Positions 9,230 through 18,165 of a stretch of 31,834 nucleotides of DNA are shown here, in pieces. A model generated the notes under the pieces. That model saw nothing but the letters and a program-made list of their open reading frames with translations, did no database searches and was not told where the DNA came from. The stretch spans positions 1-31,834 of the forward strand of contig JAQVLM010000002.1 in the NCBI GenBank assembly GCA_028704125.1, in the 5' to 3' direction. Origin of the DNA: Opitutales bacterium (GTDB taxonomy: Bacteria > Verrucomicrobiota > Verrucomicrobiia > Opitutales > JAFGAQ01). Position numbers and translations under genes: made by a program. Position 1 is the stretch's first letter; each line of letters begins with the position of its first letter.

Positions 9230-9403
9230 GGGAAATTCAGGTCAAATAGGAGTTTCAACAGGTGAAGCCGCAGCCGGTGCATACCAACCGGTTGCAACGC
9301 ATTCCCGACATGCGAGAGGTGTGTCGGTGAATAACCTGCATAAGCTATTGCCATTCATTTGTTTAAGGTTTTCAAGTCAATAATGATGCCAATCCGCGAT
9401 TTT

Positions 9404-10006
9404 TCACGGGTTCAGTGCTCTTGCCGACCCGCTGAGCAGGGGAATGACCTGGTCGGGAGAGCGGGCCACCATTAGGCGATCGAGCTGGTTGGAGCCCAGA
9501 AAACCCTGTCGGGTCATGTGTGCAAGGAATATGAGCAGGTGTTCATAGTAGGATGCGGTGTCGAGCACTGCGCAGGGTTTTACGTGGAAAGAGAGCTGTT
9601 GCCATGTGAAGATCTCGAAGAACTCGTCCATGGTTCCGATGCCGCCGGGCATCGCCACAAATGCATCAGCCAAGGAGGCCATGGTCATTTTGCGCTCGTG
9701 CATGTCGGTGACGCGGATGAGTTCGGTCAGGCTGTCGTGGGCGAGTTCGCGCGTGTTGAGGGCGTGTGGGATCACTCCCACCACCGATCCACCGGCTTGA
9801 AGAACGGCGTCCGCTATTGCACCCATGAGGCCGGTTTTGCCGCCACCGTAGATCAGCCGGATCCCCGCCTCTGCAATGCATTTCCCGAGCTTGAGCGCGT
9901 CTTCCCGGTAGGCTTGGTCGTGTCCCGGGCTGGAACCGCAGTAGACGCAGATGCTTTGAATCGGGAGGGTTTGCGGGCTTATGCCTGAATGGAATACCGT
10001 GGTCAT
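9404..10006 (-). CDS. LOG-family nucleotide phosphoribohydrolase (TIGR00730-like)
   Basis: ICVYCGSS, LIYGGG..GLMG, MHERK, PGGIGTMDE. Start placed at ATG 10006 rather than 10150. Confidence 0.92.
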   Translation of the reverse strand: MTTVFHSGISPQTLPIQSICVYCGSSPGHDQAYREDALKLGKCIAEAGIRLIYGGGKTGLMGAIADAVLQAGGSVVGVIPHALNTRELAHDSLTELIRVTDMHERKMTMASLADAFVAMPGGIGTMDEFFEIFTWQQLSFHVKPCAVLDTASYYEHLLIFLAHMTRQGFLGSNQLDRLMVARSPDQVIPLLSGSARALNP

Positions 10007-10160
10007 GACGCGATAATGATACCATGTTTTGTGCCGCGTTGGGAAGCGGTATGTGCGGGGATGTAAGCCCCCGGGGTGGAGTGTCCGGGCTCGCGATGGA
10101 TTGGCTCGCTGGAGGGGAAATGGTGTTGCAGTGCAGCTTGGAGAACCCATGCTCGGCCGG

Positions 10161-11057
10161 ATGTCCTGGTTGTTGTTGGGAGTTTTGTCAGCCGTTGCGC
10201 TGGGTATCTATGACCTGTTGAAGAAGGCCGCTGTGAATGGAAACGCGGTGCTCCCTGTGCTTTTTTTGTCCTCGTTGATTGGGGGGGTGATATGGATGCC
10301 AGCGGTGGTGCTGTCCTTTACAGGGGGAGTGGAGTCTCTCCCGGATTGGATGGGCGTGGATCCGATTGGATGGAGGGGGCATGGGTTGCTGTTCTTGAAG
10401 GCGATGATTGTAGCGGCTTCCTGGGTGTCGACCTATTTTGCGCTCAAGCATCTTCCGATCAGTATCGCGAGTCCCATACGGTCGACGGGTCCCCTGTGGA
10501 CGCTGATCGGGGCGCTGATCCTGTATCGCGAGGCCCCGTCGATGACTCAGGCTGCGGGCATCGGGGTAACACTGGTCTCGTTTATGTGGCTTTCGTTTGT
10601 GGGGAGAGGAGAGGGGATCCATTTCTCGCGCAACGGTTGGGTGGGGCTGATGGTGCTCGGCACGGTGATCGGATCGGTGTCGGCACTCTACGACAAATAT
10701 CTGCTCGGGCATGCGGGTTTTTCGCCGTCGACGACACAGGCATGGTTTTCGATTTACCTTGGGGTGGTGTTGTTGGTTCCGGCATGGGGGTGGCTCAGGC
10801 GGTGGTGGCCCAGAGCTGAGTTCCATTGGCGGTGGTCCATTCCGTTTATCAGTGTTTTTCTGTTGTGCGCGGATTACGCGTATTTTACGGCCCTCAGGGA
10901 TCCGGATGCCCTCATTTCCGTTCTGTCGAGTCTCCGGCGGGCCAATGTTCTCGTTACCGTGCCCCTTGGCGTGCTCCTGTTCCGGGAGAAACGTTTCCGG
11001 GCGAAGCTGCCGTGTGTGCTCGGTATTCTGGCCGGAGTATGGCTGATCCTGTCATAG
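10161..11057 (+). CDS. EamA/DMT-family transporter
   Basis: About 10 hydrophobic segments in two repeats (ALKHLPISIASPIRS; ALRDPDALISVLSSLRR). Start 10149 or 10161. Confidence 0.85.
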   Translation: MSWLLLGVLSAVALGIYDLLKKAAVNGNAVLPVLFLSSLIGGVIWMPAVVLSFTGGVESLPDWMGVDPIGWRGHGLLFLKAMIVAASWVSTYFALKHLPISIASPIRSTGPLWTLIGALILYREAPSMTQAAGIGVTLVSFMWLSFVGRGEGIHFSRNGWVGLMVLGTVIGSVSALYDKYLLGHAGFSPSTTQAWFSIYLGVVLLVPAWGWLRRWWPRAEFHWRWSIPFISVFLLCADYAYFTALRDPDALISVLSSLRRANVLVTVPLGVLLFREKRFRAKLPCVLGILAGVWLILS

Positions 11058-11241
11058 GCTTGGTTTCTCCAAACTGCCTGGTCTTGCCCAATCGACGGGT
11101 GAGGCTTGATTTGATCACGAGACTGTGCAAGGCTTCCTCTATGAGAACATGGGTCGTCTTGTTCCGTTTCTATTCCGGAGTGGCTTTTGCTGCCCTGAAT
11201 GGCGGTTCATGGCGTCAGATCATGACTAACCCCCGTCGGGT

Positions 11242-11973
11242 ATGAAATCGCGGCGACGGATCGGGATATTGCTGGCCATTTTGGGCGCGATGATCGGAAT
11301 TTCGGCAATGGATGGAGGAAAACCATCGGATGAGGCGGCTTATGCCGAGGCGAGGAAGAAGATGGTGCGCAACCAGATTGAGGCACGGGGCGTCAAGCAT
11401 CCAGTTGTGCTTGAAGCCATGCGCAAAGTGCGCCGCCATTTGTTTGTGCCCCCGTCTTTCTCCCGGGATGCGTATGCGGATATGCCTCTGCCCATCGGAT
11501 CAGGCCAAACCATTTCGCAGCCTTACATCGTTGCGGTCATGACTGAGCTCATCGATCCGCGGCCCGGAATGAAGGTGCTGGAAATCGGAACGGGGTCGGG
11601 ATACCAGACCGCCGTATTGTGCGAGTCCGGAGTCGAGGTGTATTCCATCGAAATCATTGAGGCTCTCGCGACACAGACCGCACAGCTGCTGGATGAACTC
11701 GGCTACGGAGGCGCCCACCTCAGAATCGGGGATGGATATGCCGGTTGGCCGGAACACGCTCCGTTTGACGCGATCCTCTTGACTGCTGCCCCCCGCGAGG
11801 TGCCCGCTCCGCTCATGGAGCAAGTCAAGCCCGGCGGTTGTATCGTCCTTCCGGTGGGCGATGCTGATCAGGAGCTAAAAAAGCTGGTGTTAACGGAACA
11901 AGGATGGAAGGAAACGGTGGTGTTTCCCGTGCGCTTTGTTCCGATGACAGGGAAGGCGGAATCGGCCCAATAG
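11242..11973 (+). CDS. pcm: Protein-L-isoaspartate O-methyltransferase with signal-peptide-like N-terminus
   Basis: VRRHLFV, LPIGSGQTISQPYIV, VLEIGTGSGYQTA, GDGYAGWPEHAPFDAI, VRFVPM. Confidence 0.93.
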   Translation: MKSRRRIGILLAILGAMIGISAMDGGKPSDEAAYAEARKKMVRNQIEARGVKHPVVLEAMRKVRRHLFVPPSFSRDAYADMPLPIGSGQTISQPYIVAVMTELIDPRPGMKVLEIGTGSGYQTAVLCESGVEVYSIEIIEALATQTAQLLDELGYGGAHLRIGDGYAGWPEHAPFDAILLTAAPREVPAPLMEQVKPGGCIVLPVGDADQELKKLVLTEQGWKETVVFPVRFVPMTGKAESAQ

Positions 11974-12007
11974 TTTTGGAATCCGCTTCCCAGCGGAGGC
12001 ATTTTCC

Positions 12008-13264
12008 TTAGCTCAGAAGCCTGAGGTGTTTGCCGAGATGCTTGGCGAGCAGTTCTGTGTGGAGGTCTTCTTCGCGGGACAAGGTTTCGAGGATGGCGTC
12101 CCGGAAGCTTCGCCCATCGGTGTGCGTGCCTTTGCTCAGAACGGAGCCGAAGGTGACGTGGAGAATCTGTCGCCCTTGGTCGTCGTTTAGAAACAAGTCT
12201 TCCATCGTGCGTGCGTCCTCCCTGATCCGGACTCCCTGAACGAAGCCGGGGGTGACAGAAATATGGTAACTCATTTTGTCTTCCTCAAAACGCCCGAGGC
12301 AATAACGGGCGATTTCAGCGAAGAGAGCGGGCTCTGTCCGGCAAACGGTTCGCAGGGCTTCGAGGTAGCTGGTGCCGGATGTTTTGACGTGGAGGAGGTC
12401 TCCGCATACACGACTGATCACCGGATAAATCGAGAATTTGTCAGAACCGCTGTGAATGCTGATCTTGTAGGGGCCAAAGGCTTGGGCGATCTCGAAGTGT
12501 TTCCGGAGATCGGTTTCGAATGCGGCCAAATCTCCCTTGTAGTCGATACCTTTCTCAAAATCGCCGATGAAGCGTGGTGCCAGACTCACAAACGGAACCC
12601 CACGCCTTTTGAGTTCGAGGGTGAAGAACAAGTGCTCGAGAGGGGAAGTGGGTTGGTCGGTCTCATCCACAGAAATCTCAATCTCGGACTGGCGTCCGGA
12701 CGTTTCTTTGGCAATGGCCTTAGCCATGGTCTCGCAATGGGCGACTGCGCGGCCATATTTTACCGCAGCCCGAAGTAAGGTGGCAGCGTCATATTGAAGT
12801 TCCCGACCATTGCTTACTGGAAAGGATTTACACAGGTAAAGTTCCTGAACCCGTGCGCCACCGTATAGTCCTTCATTGTTCTGCTTTTCAACTTCCTGCT
12901 CTAGTTCGGATGCTTCCATGGTGTCCGAGCGGTTGTTGACGTGTTCTGAAGGATCGATGGTGAAGAAAGTGAAGCCGGCGGCTGCGGTGTAAGCAACGTC
13001 CTGAGGCGTTTTGAGGTGATCGGCGTCCGCACCCCACGATCCCTGATAGTTTGCCTTGATGATGGCTGTCCGGGCTGCATCGATGACCGCATCGGGAGTG
13101 CGTCCGATGCGGGTGAGTTCGCGGATGGACTGTTGGGCGAGGATCGGTTTGAAGCTGTAGCCCTTGAGGGCTTCAAGGTGGCCGCGACCGGCCATTCCGA
13201 GACGGTCACCGAAACCAAAGGTCTTTGCGAGACCGAGGGTGGAGGGTTGGATGATCTGTTCCAT
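12008..13264 (-). CDS. uxaE: Tagaturonate/fructuronate epimerase
   Basis: FGFGDRLG, QQSIRELTR, WGADADHLK, LAPRFIGDFEKGIDY, HSGSDKFS, HVKTSGTSYLEALR. Confidence 0.9.
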   Translation of the reverse strand: MEQIIQPSTLGLAKTFGFGDRLGMAGRGHLEALKGYSFKPILAQQSIRELTRIGRTPDAVIDAARTAIIKANYQGSWGADADHLKTPQDVAYTAAAGFTFFTIDPSEHVNNRSDTMEASELEQEVEKQNNEGLYGGARVQELYLCKSFPVSNGRELQYDAATLLRAAVKYGRAVAHCETMAKAIAKETSGRQSEIEISVDETDQPTSPLEHLFFTLELKRRGVPFVSLAPRFIGDFEKGIDYKGDLAAFETDLRKHFEIAQAFGPYKISIHSGSDKFSIYPVISRVCGDLLHVKTSGTSYLEALRTVCRTEPALFAEIARYCLGRFEEDKMSYHISVTPGFVQGVRIREDARTMEDLFLNDDQGRQILHVTFGSVLSKGTHTDGRSFRDAILETLSREEDLHTELLAKHLGKHLRLLS

Positions 13265-13521
13265 TTGAATAACGGGGTATATAGAGGTCTTATTTGTGGC
13301 CTGATCCCATCATGGTCTCCCCCTTCCGGTCAAAAGGAAACTGGCGGCGATGCATGGATCAATGGAGTTTTTGGCCGGACAGCGGCCCGATTCGCCGTAG
13401 CTGGGTGCCATGCGCAACGGTGGTAAGTCAGGTTTGATTGGATGCGGAATGATGCCACACCGACACAGATTGGACGGAGCCCTGTTTCGATGGAGCGTAT
13501 CTTGCCGAACGATTCGATCCC

Positions 13522-14040
13522 CTAATCTTCCTTGATGATGAGGAGGCTCAGAATGGGTTTACCCCTTACTTTGAAAAGAAAGGTTTTTCTCACGCAGCCT
13601 GAGACCGGTTCAACCGATAGGCTCTTGCCCCTCAGAATGGAGGGGAGGGTGAGGGAGCACGGAAATCCGAACTGGCTGAGTTGGTTCTTGAACCCGCCGA
13701 TCGAAATATTGGTGAATTCACCGACCGCATCGTTGACGATATCGAGCGGATGATGGCCGCCATTCACCGGTTTAAGCATGCGCGAGGCAATGAAGTCTGC
13801 GGTTTCGTTCCCCATGAAGAGATACACAAATCCAAAGATATCACCGCTGAATCCGATGTTGGAGACGATCAAAGGGGTATCGTTGCCGAAGAGCTTCTCG
13901 ACTCCTGCGGCGACCGTCGGGGGTTCGGTCCAGGGTTCGAGTTTGATGGAAGAATGCAGCATCATCGTGAAAACATCCCGTAATGCCGCATTCATCATCG
14001 CCGCCAGTTCGCCGTATGAAATACTGAATGCTTGGGCCAT
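13522..14040 (-). CDS. cheX: CheX/CheC-family chemotaxis phosphatase
   Basis: 172 aa; IGFSGDIFG, DAVGEFTNISIGG (E-x2-N motif), LTLPSILRG. Confidence 0.85.
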   Translation of the reverse strand: MAQAFSISYGELAAMMNAALRDVFTMMLHSSIKLEPWTEPPTVAAGVEKLFGNDTPLIVSNIGFSGDIFGFVYLFMGNETADFIASRMLKPVNGGHHPLDIVNDAVGEFTNISIGGFKNQLSQFGFPCSLTLPSILRGKSLSVEPVSGCVRKTFLFKVRGKPILSLLIIKED

Positions 14041-14082
14041 AAGCTATAAGTTTATTCGGTCCAAATGGCTTTCGGTTAAGCG

Positions 14083-14112
14083 AAAAAAAAGACCCCGTCT
14101 CACGACGGGATC
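14083..14112 (-). terminator. Intrinsic terminator after glnII
   Basis: Minus strand GATCCCGTC-GTGA-GACGGGGTC followed by T8. Confidence 0.8.
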
Positions 14113-14170
14113 CTTTTCGCACGTCCGAACTCTCGAGCGGACATCCTTACCATCAAACAAAGATCCCCGC

Positions 14171-15181
14171 TTATTCAGTTGGAATCTCTGAAAGGGTTCT
14201 CAGCACACGGGAGGCAATCTTGTAAGGATCGGCCATCGAATTCGGGCGACGGTCCTCAAGATAGCCCTTGTAATTGTTCTTCACAAAGGCGTGGGGCACC
14301 CGTACCGAGGCTCCGCGATCCGCGATGCCCCAGCTGAATTTGTCAATGGACTGGGTTTCATGCAGACCGGTCAGGCGCATATGGTTGTCAGGTCCATAAG
14401 CTGCGATGTGCTCATCGCGATACTTGTCGAAAGTGGCCATGAGCTTTTCGAAGTAGGGCTTACCACCCACTTCGCGCATGAACTTGGTCGAGAAGTTGCA
14501 GTGCATGCCCGAGCCGTTCCAGTCGCCCTGGAAGGGTTTGCAGTGCAGTTGCACCGTCACCTGGTAGCGTTCGCAAAGCCTGGACATGATGTAACGTGCG
14601 ACCCATACATCGTCTGCAGCCTTTCTGGAGCCTTTGCCGAAGATCTGGTATTCCCACTGGCCTTTGGCCACTTCGGCATTGATCCCTTCATGGTTGATGC
14701 CGGCTGCGAGGCAGAGCTCGAGGTGCTCTTCGACAATCTCGCGCGCGATATCGCCCACGTTTTCAAAGCCGACCCCGGTATAATACTGCCCCTGTGGTTT
14801 TGGGTATCCGTCTTCCGGCCATCCCAAAGGACGACCATTCTGCATGAGGAAGTATTCCTGTTCAAAGCCAAACCAGGCATCCGCATCTTCCGGAACGGTG
14901 TTGCGGTAGTTCGAAGGATGGGGATCCCCATTGGGCAGCAGGACCTCACACAGCACGATGAACCCGTTCTCCCTTGCTGCATCGGGATAGAGCGCCACAG
15001 GCTTCAGCATACAGTCGGAGCTGTGCCCTTCGGCCTGGCGGGTCGAGCTTCCGTCGAATCCCCACATCGGGCAATCCTCAATTGACTTTGGTTCGGCATC
15101 GGCAATCTTGGTCTTTCCACGCAGATTGGGCTCCGGAAGGTAGCCATCGAGCCAGATATACTCCAGTTTGAATTTAGGCAT
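14171..15181 (-). CDS. glnII: Glutamine synthetase type II (GSII)
   Basis: 336 aa (GSII size); KLEYIWLDG, WGFDGSST, GFEQEY, EGINAEV..GQWEYQI, WNGSGMHCNFS, RLTGLHET, DRGASVRVP, YLEDRRP. Confidence 0.93.
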   Translation of the reverse strand: MPKFKLEYIWLDGYLPEPNLRGKTKIADAEPKSIEDCPMWGFDGSSTRQAEGHSSDCMLKPVALYPDAARENGFIVLCEVLLPNGDPHPSNYRNTVPEDADAWFGFEQEYFLMQNGRPLGWPEDGYPKPQGQYYTGVGFENVGDIAREIVEEHLELCLAAGINHEGINAEVAKGQWEYQIFGKGSRKAADDVWVARYIMSRLCERYQVTVQLHCKPFQGDWNGSGMHCNFSTKFMREVGGKPYFEKLMATFDKYRDEHIAAYGPDNHMRLTGLHETQSIDKFSWGIADRGASVRVPHAFVKNNYKGYLEDRRPNSMADPYKIASRVLRTLSEIPTE

Positions 15182-15272
15182 AGTGTTTATTCGTTTAATG
15201 GTGTAAGGTTATAGCCTCACGTGCGAAAAGGTTGATCGGATGGGATTAACCTGATGAAGCTGCCATTACGTT

Positions 15273-15288
15273 AGCAACCCGCTTGCCA
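15273..15288 (-). promoter_or_regulatory. Sigma54 (-24/-12) promoter for glnII
   Basis: Minus strand TGGCAAGCGGGTTGCT: GG-N10-GC with TGGCA and TTGC consensus, about 90 nt upstream of glnII. Confidence 0.8.
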
Positions 15289-15348
15289 TTCAAACAAAAA
15301 AGCCGAAATTTGTATCCCGAAATTTCAAAATTACACTTTTGACCACCC

Positions 15349-15786
15349 ATGCATGACGTCAAAGACACTCAACGCTCGGTCGTAAAGGTAGGATACGACG
15401 GACGTGTTCACAAATACTACCGCGGACCAGCGGCAAAAGAGCGCTACGAGAATGAGGTGTGCATCCTTGAGTATCTTGAGCGCAAGGGTTGTTCCTTCGT
15501 TCCCCGCATACTGGAAAACCATCCCGGGGATCTGTACATCGTCACCACCAACTGTGGACACCGGGCGGACAACGTGAGTGAGGATACGCAAGTCCGCTTG
15601 TTCCGTGAACTCGAGCAGTATGGGGTAAAGCACGAGGACCCGTTTGTCCGCAACATCACCTACAACATGCAAACCGGTCGGTTTTGCATTATCGATTTTG
15701 AGTTTGCGACCAACCTTGAGACCGGGCTAGGCCTGCGTATTGAAGATGTCGGTGGCCGACCCAACCAGCCGCGAGTCACGCCATGA
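15349..15786 (+). CDS. Minimal protein-kinase-like (PKL fold) protein, 145 aa
   Basis: Ordered kinase-like motifs: RVHKYY (beta3 Lys), ERYENEV (alphaC Glu), KHEDPFVRNITY (HxDxxxxN), IIDFEFA (DFG-like). Stop overlaps the PP2C start (ATGA). Confidence 0.8.
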   Translation: MHDVKDTQRSVVKVGYDGRVHKYYRGPAAKERYENEVCILEYLERKGCSFVPRILENHPGDLYIVTTNCGHRADNVSEDTQVRLFRELEQYGVKHEDPFVRNITYNMQTGRFCIIDFEFATNLETGLGLRIEDVGGRPNQPRVTP

Positions 15787-16601
15787 GGTTACGCTGGTCC
15801 GGTATGACCCATCCGGGTCGCTTTCGACGCAACAACGAAGATGCTTTCCTTGGTCTGATCTTCGACGCCCGTGAAGTGCATTATCTCGGAAAGGAAGACG
15901 AGCTGGTGGTCGATGATGACCAGCAGTTCGTGTTTGCTGTAAGCGATGGCATGGGAGGGGCAAATGCGGGCGAATACGCCAGTCGCATAGCGGTGCAGAC
16001 GGTTACCAAGCGTCTGCCGGAGGCCTTGCGCACCGCCATGCACGGGGATGCCGTGGATGATGCAAGCATCCTGCGCAACCTTTACCAGAGTATCCATTTG
16101 ACCATGTTGGATATGGGAAGAGCCTATGAGGAATGCAATGGCATGGGCGCGACCCTGAGTATGGTTTGGATCAATCCCAAACGCCTTTTGTTTGCACACA
16201 TCGGGGATAGCCGCATTTACCATTTGCCGGCGGAGGGGCCCATGGTTCAAATCACGGAAGACCACTCCCATGTCGGCTGGTTGCTGCGGCAAGGCAGGAT
16301 CAATGAGCGCCAGGCGAAAATGCATCCATCCCGCAACATTCTGGATCAGGCTTTGGGGGGTGGCATCCGCAAAATCGACCCGCAAATCGGTTCGGTTGGC
16401 ATTGCTCCCGGCGATACCTTTGCTCTCTGTTCAGACGGAATATGTGACGGCCTTTTCGATCATGCGATCACCGATATCATCCGCAGTCCCCATCCGCGGA
16501 TGGCGGACAAGCGCGTGTCCCAGCGGCTGGTTGATGAGGCATTGGCGAATTCGGGGAAGGACAACCTCACGGCTTTGGTGGTTTCAGTTGTCGAGTTGTA
16601 G
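15783..16601 (+). CDS. PP2C/PPM-family Ser/Thr phosphatase (PrpC/Stp1-like)
   Basis: RRNNED, VSDGMGG, HIGDSRIY, LCSDG, GKDNLT. Confidence 0.93.
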   Translation: MRLRWSGMTHPGRFRRNNEDAFLGLIFDAREVHYLGKEDELVVDDDQQFVFAVSDGMGGANAGEYASRIAVQTVTKRLPEALRTAMHGDAVDDASILRNLYQSIHLTMLDMGRAYEECNGMGATLSMVWINPKRLLFAHIGDSRIYHLPAEGPMVQITEDHSHVGWLLRQGRINERQAKMHPSRNILDQALGGGIRKIDPQIGSVGIAPGDTFALCSDGICDGLFDHAITDIIRSPHPRMADKRVSQRLVDEALANSGKDNLTALVVSVVEL

Positions 16602-17050
16602 GAATTTTCTGTTCTTTGGCTTGGTCCATAACATAAGGCAGAGTGCTTCCCTGTGCAGTTCTGGACCAGATTCTATGATGCATCTCGTTTTTTTCGACAG
16701 ATTTGTACCCATTCCACGAAAGGCGGGTGTAATTGTAACAATTTGCATTTAAGCGTCCTGTTTCCAAATCCACTGATGATTGGATTTGCTGACTCTGATT
16801 TGGGCCCTTGTCATGAGATTGAGAGGAGTCCATCAGGCTCCATAGTGTTTTAGCCGTTTTTGCAGTACGGGTCGATTGGAACCACAAATTGGATGGAATA
16901 GTCGCGATGGATTACCAAAACACGCCAGTCGTTAATGCTTTCATTGAGGCCTGCCCGTTTGATCCGGCAGGCTAGGTCCGCACTCAAACCTACAAGACCC
17001 GGAGACCCAAAGAAAGATGGACTGGAATCCTTTTTCCCGTGTTAATCCCC

Positions 17051-17074
17051 GTAGCGGAACGCGTGAGTGTTCCG
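17051..17074 (+). repeat. GTAG-type REP hairpin, family A copy 1
   Basis: GTAG-CGGAACGC-GTGA-GTGTTCCG. Confidence 0.8.
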
Positions 17075-17185
17075 ATATTCGAGTTGTGATCGGGTCGGGC
17101 GTGCTGACCGGCAGTTAGTGTGAAGAATTCAAGAATCTTCACCACTAAGATCTGGCGGACACGAAGGGTGGAGTATGAGATTTTC

Positions 17186-17215
17186 AATCTGCGGAAATCT
17201 GCGCCATCTGCGGAT
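17186..17215. repeat. Short tandem ATCTGCG repeat
   Basis: aATCTGCGgaaATCTGCGccATCTGCGgat, three units. Confidence 0.7.
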
Positions 17216-17273
17216 GGAATCTTTCTCCAAGAATATCTACTCGCGCAGAGGTGCCAAGACGCAGAGGGAAGAG

Positions 17274-17301
17274 CGGCTCGGCGGGGACACGTCGCCCTCC
17301 C
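17274..17301 (-). repeat. REP-like element, reverse orientation (GGAG variant of GTAG)
   Basis: Minus strand GGGAGGGCGACGTGTCCCCGCCGAGCCG. Confidence 0.5.
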
Positions 17302-17359
17302 GGGTTCGGGGAATTTCAGATTTCGTGGCAATCCGTTCCCGTGAGATTGGCTGTTGTGG

Positions 17360-17385
17360 GTAGGGGTGAGCGTCCCCGCTCATCC
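17360..17385 (+). repeat. GTAG-type REP hairpin, family B
   Basis: GTAG-G-GGTGAGCG-TCCC-CGCTCATC-C. Confidence 0.65.
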
Positions 17386-17439
17386 GCAAGCGATTGGACG
17401 GCTAGCGTGGAGTATGGGTATAGAGGATGGCTGAAGTCA

Positions 17440-17564
17440 CCCCCTCCGGAAGATTGGAATTCTTGGTCTGTTGTTTTGCGCCAGCAAAACGTATGTGGCC
17501 CGAAGAACTTATAGCGAGCTAGGCGAGCGATGTTAATCATTCTTATCATTAACAACTTTCGCCC
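17440..17564. repeat. ~125-bp structured dispersed repeat, copy 1
   Basis: First 93 nt match 18622-18714 at 84/93 positions (hand alignment); looser similarity continues to TTCGCCC. Confidence 0.9.
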
Positions 17565-17678
17565 TTTGGGCTCACTAAGATCCGCTGCGCGGACGACGAT
17601 ACTCCTCGCAAGCTCGGATCAACAGGTTGGAAGAAGAATCTTTGCCACAAAAGATCACATAGACAACGGAGTTCTTCC

Positions 17679-17702
17679 GTAGCGGGACGCGTAAGCGTTC
17701 CG
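17679..17702 (+). repeat. GTAG-type REP hairpin, family A copy 2
   Basis: GTAG-CGGGACGC-GTAA-GCGTTCCG. Confidence 0.8.
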
Positions 17703-17788
17703 ACCCGGCGTTGTCGGATTGAAGAAGAAGAAATTCTCACGCAGAGACCCCAAGACCCCAAGTAAGATGGATCGGATGCATTTTCCCC

Positions 17789-17812
17789 GTAGCGGAACAC
17801 GTGAGTGTCCCG
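17789..17812 (+). repeat. GTAG-type REP hairpin, family A copy 3
   Basis: GTAG-CGGAACAC-GTGA-GTGTCCCG. Confidence 0.8.
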
Positions 17813-18165
17813 TCTTCCGTCTTGACGACAGATTCGCGCTTGCCAATCAAGTCGATAGACCGGATGTTTGCTCATCAAGGCCCGCTGGCCATGGCATTTG
17901 CTTGCTTCCGGAAACGAAAATGGCATAGTCTGAACCCGTCCCTCCCCGAATCTGTCCCCAGTTCATTCCCACCACTCGTTTGCTCATAACCCACACGTCG
18001 GAATCCTATACTATGTCCAGAGTCTGGTCAGTCTGCATCGACGAAAGCGCCACCGCAGCTTCTGGCGCTTCCTCCAAAAAAAGGGGAATAATTGGACTGA
18101 CCCGTTTTCTTGCAGGTTGGTATGGTATCGGGAATTGGAGAAGGACTGGCAGGAAACTGTTAAAC

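Noticed and set aside
9337-9392. Two sigma54-like sequences upstream of the DAC gene (TGGCAATAGCTTATGCA; TTGGCATCATTATTGAC)
   Set aside because: The first has GG-N11-GC spacing and the second lacks the -12 GC; sigma54 spacing is strict.
16765-16790. CAAATCCA/TGGATTTG hairpin and GCCTGCC/GGCAGGC hairpin near 16945-16972
   Set aside because: Single copies with no U-tract or associated feature; insufficient support for a function.
17051-17812. CRISPR array from the three 24-nt repeats
   Set aside because: Spacing is irregular (628 and 110 nt), repeats are self-contained hairpins with GTAG, and no cas genes are present.
17549-17926. 125-aa minus ORF and other ORFs across 16567-19082
   Set aside because: They run through REP and tandem repeats, show no recognisable motifs and overlap each other in several frames.
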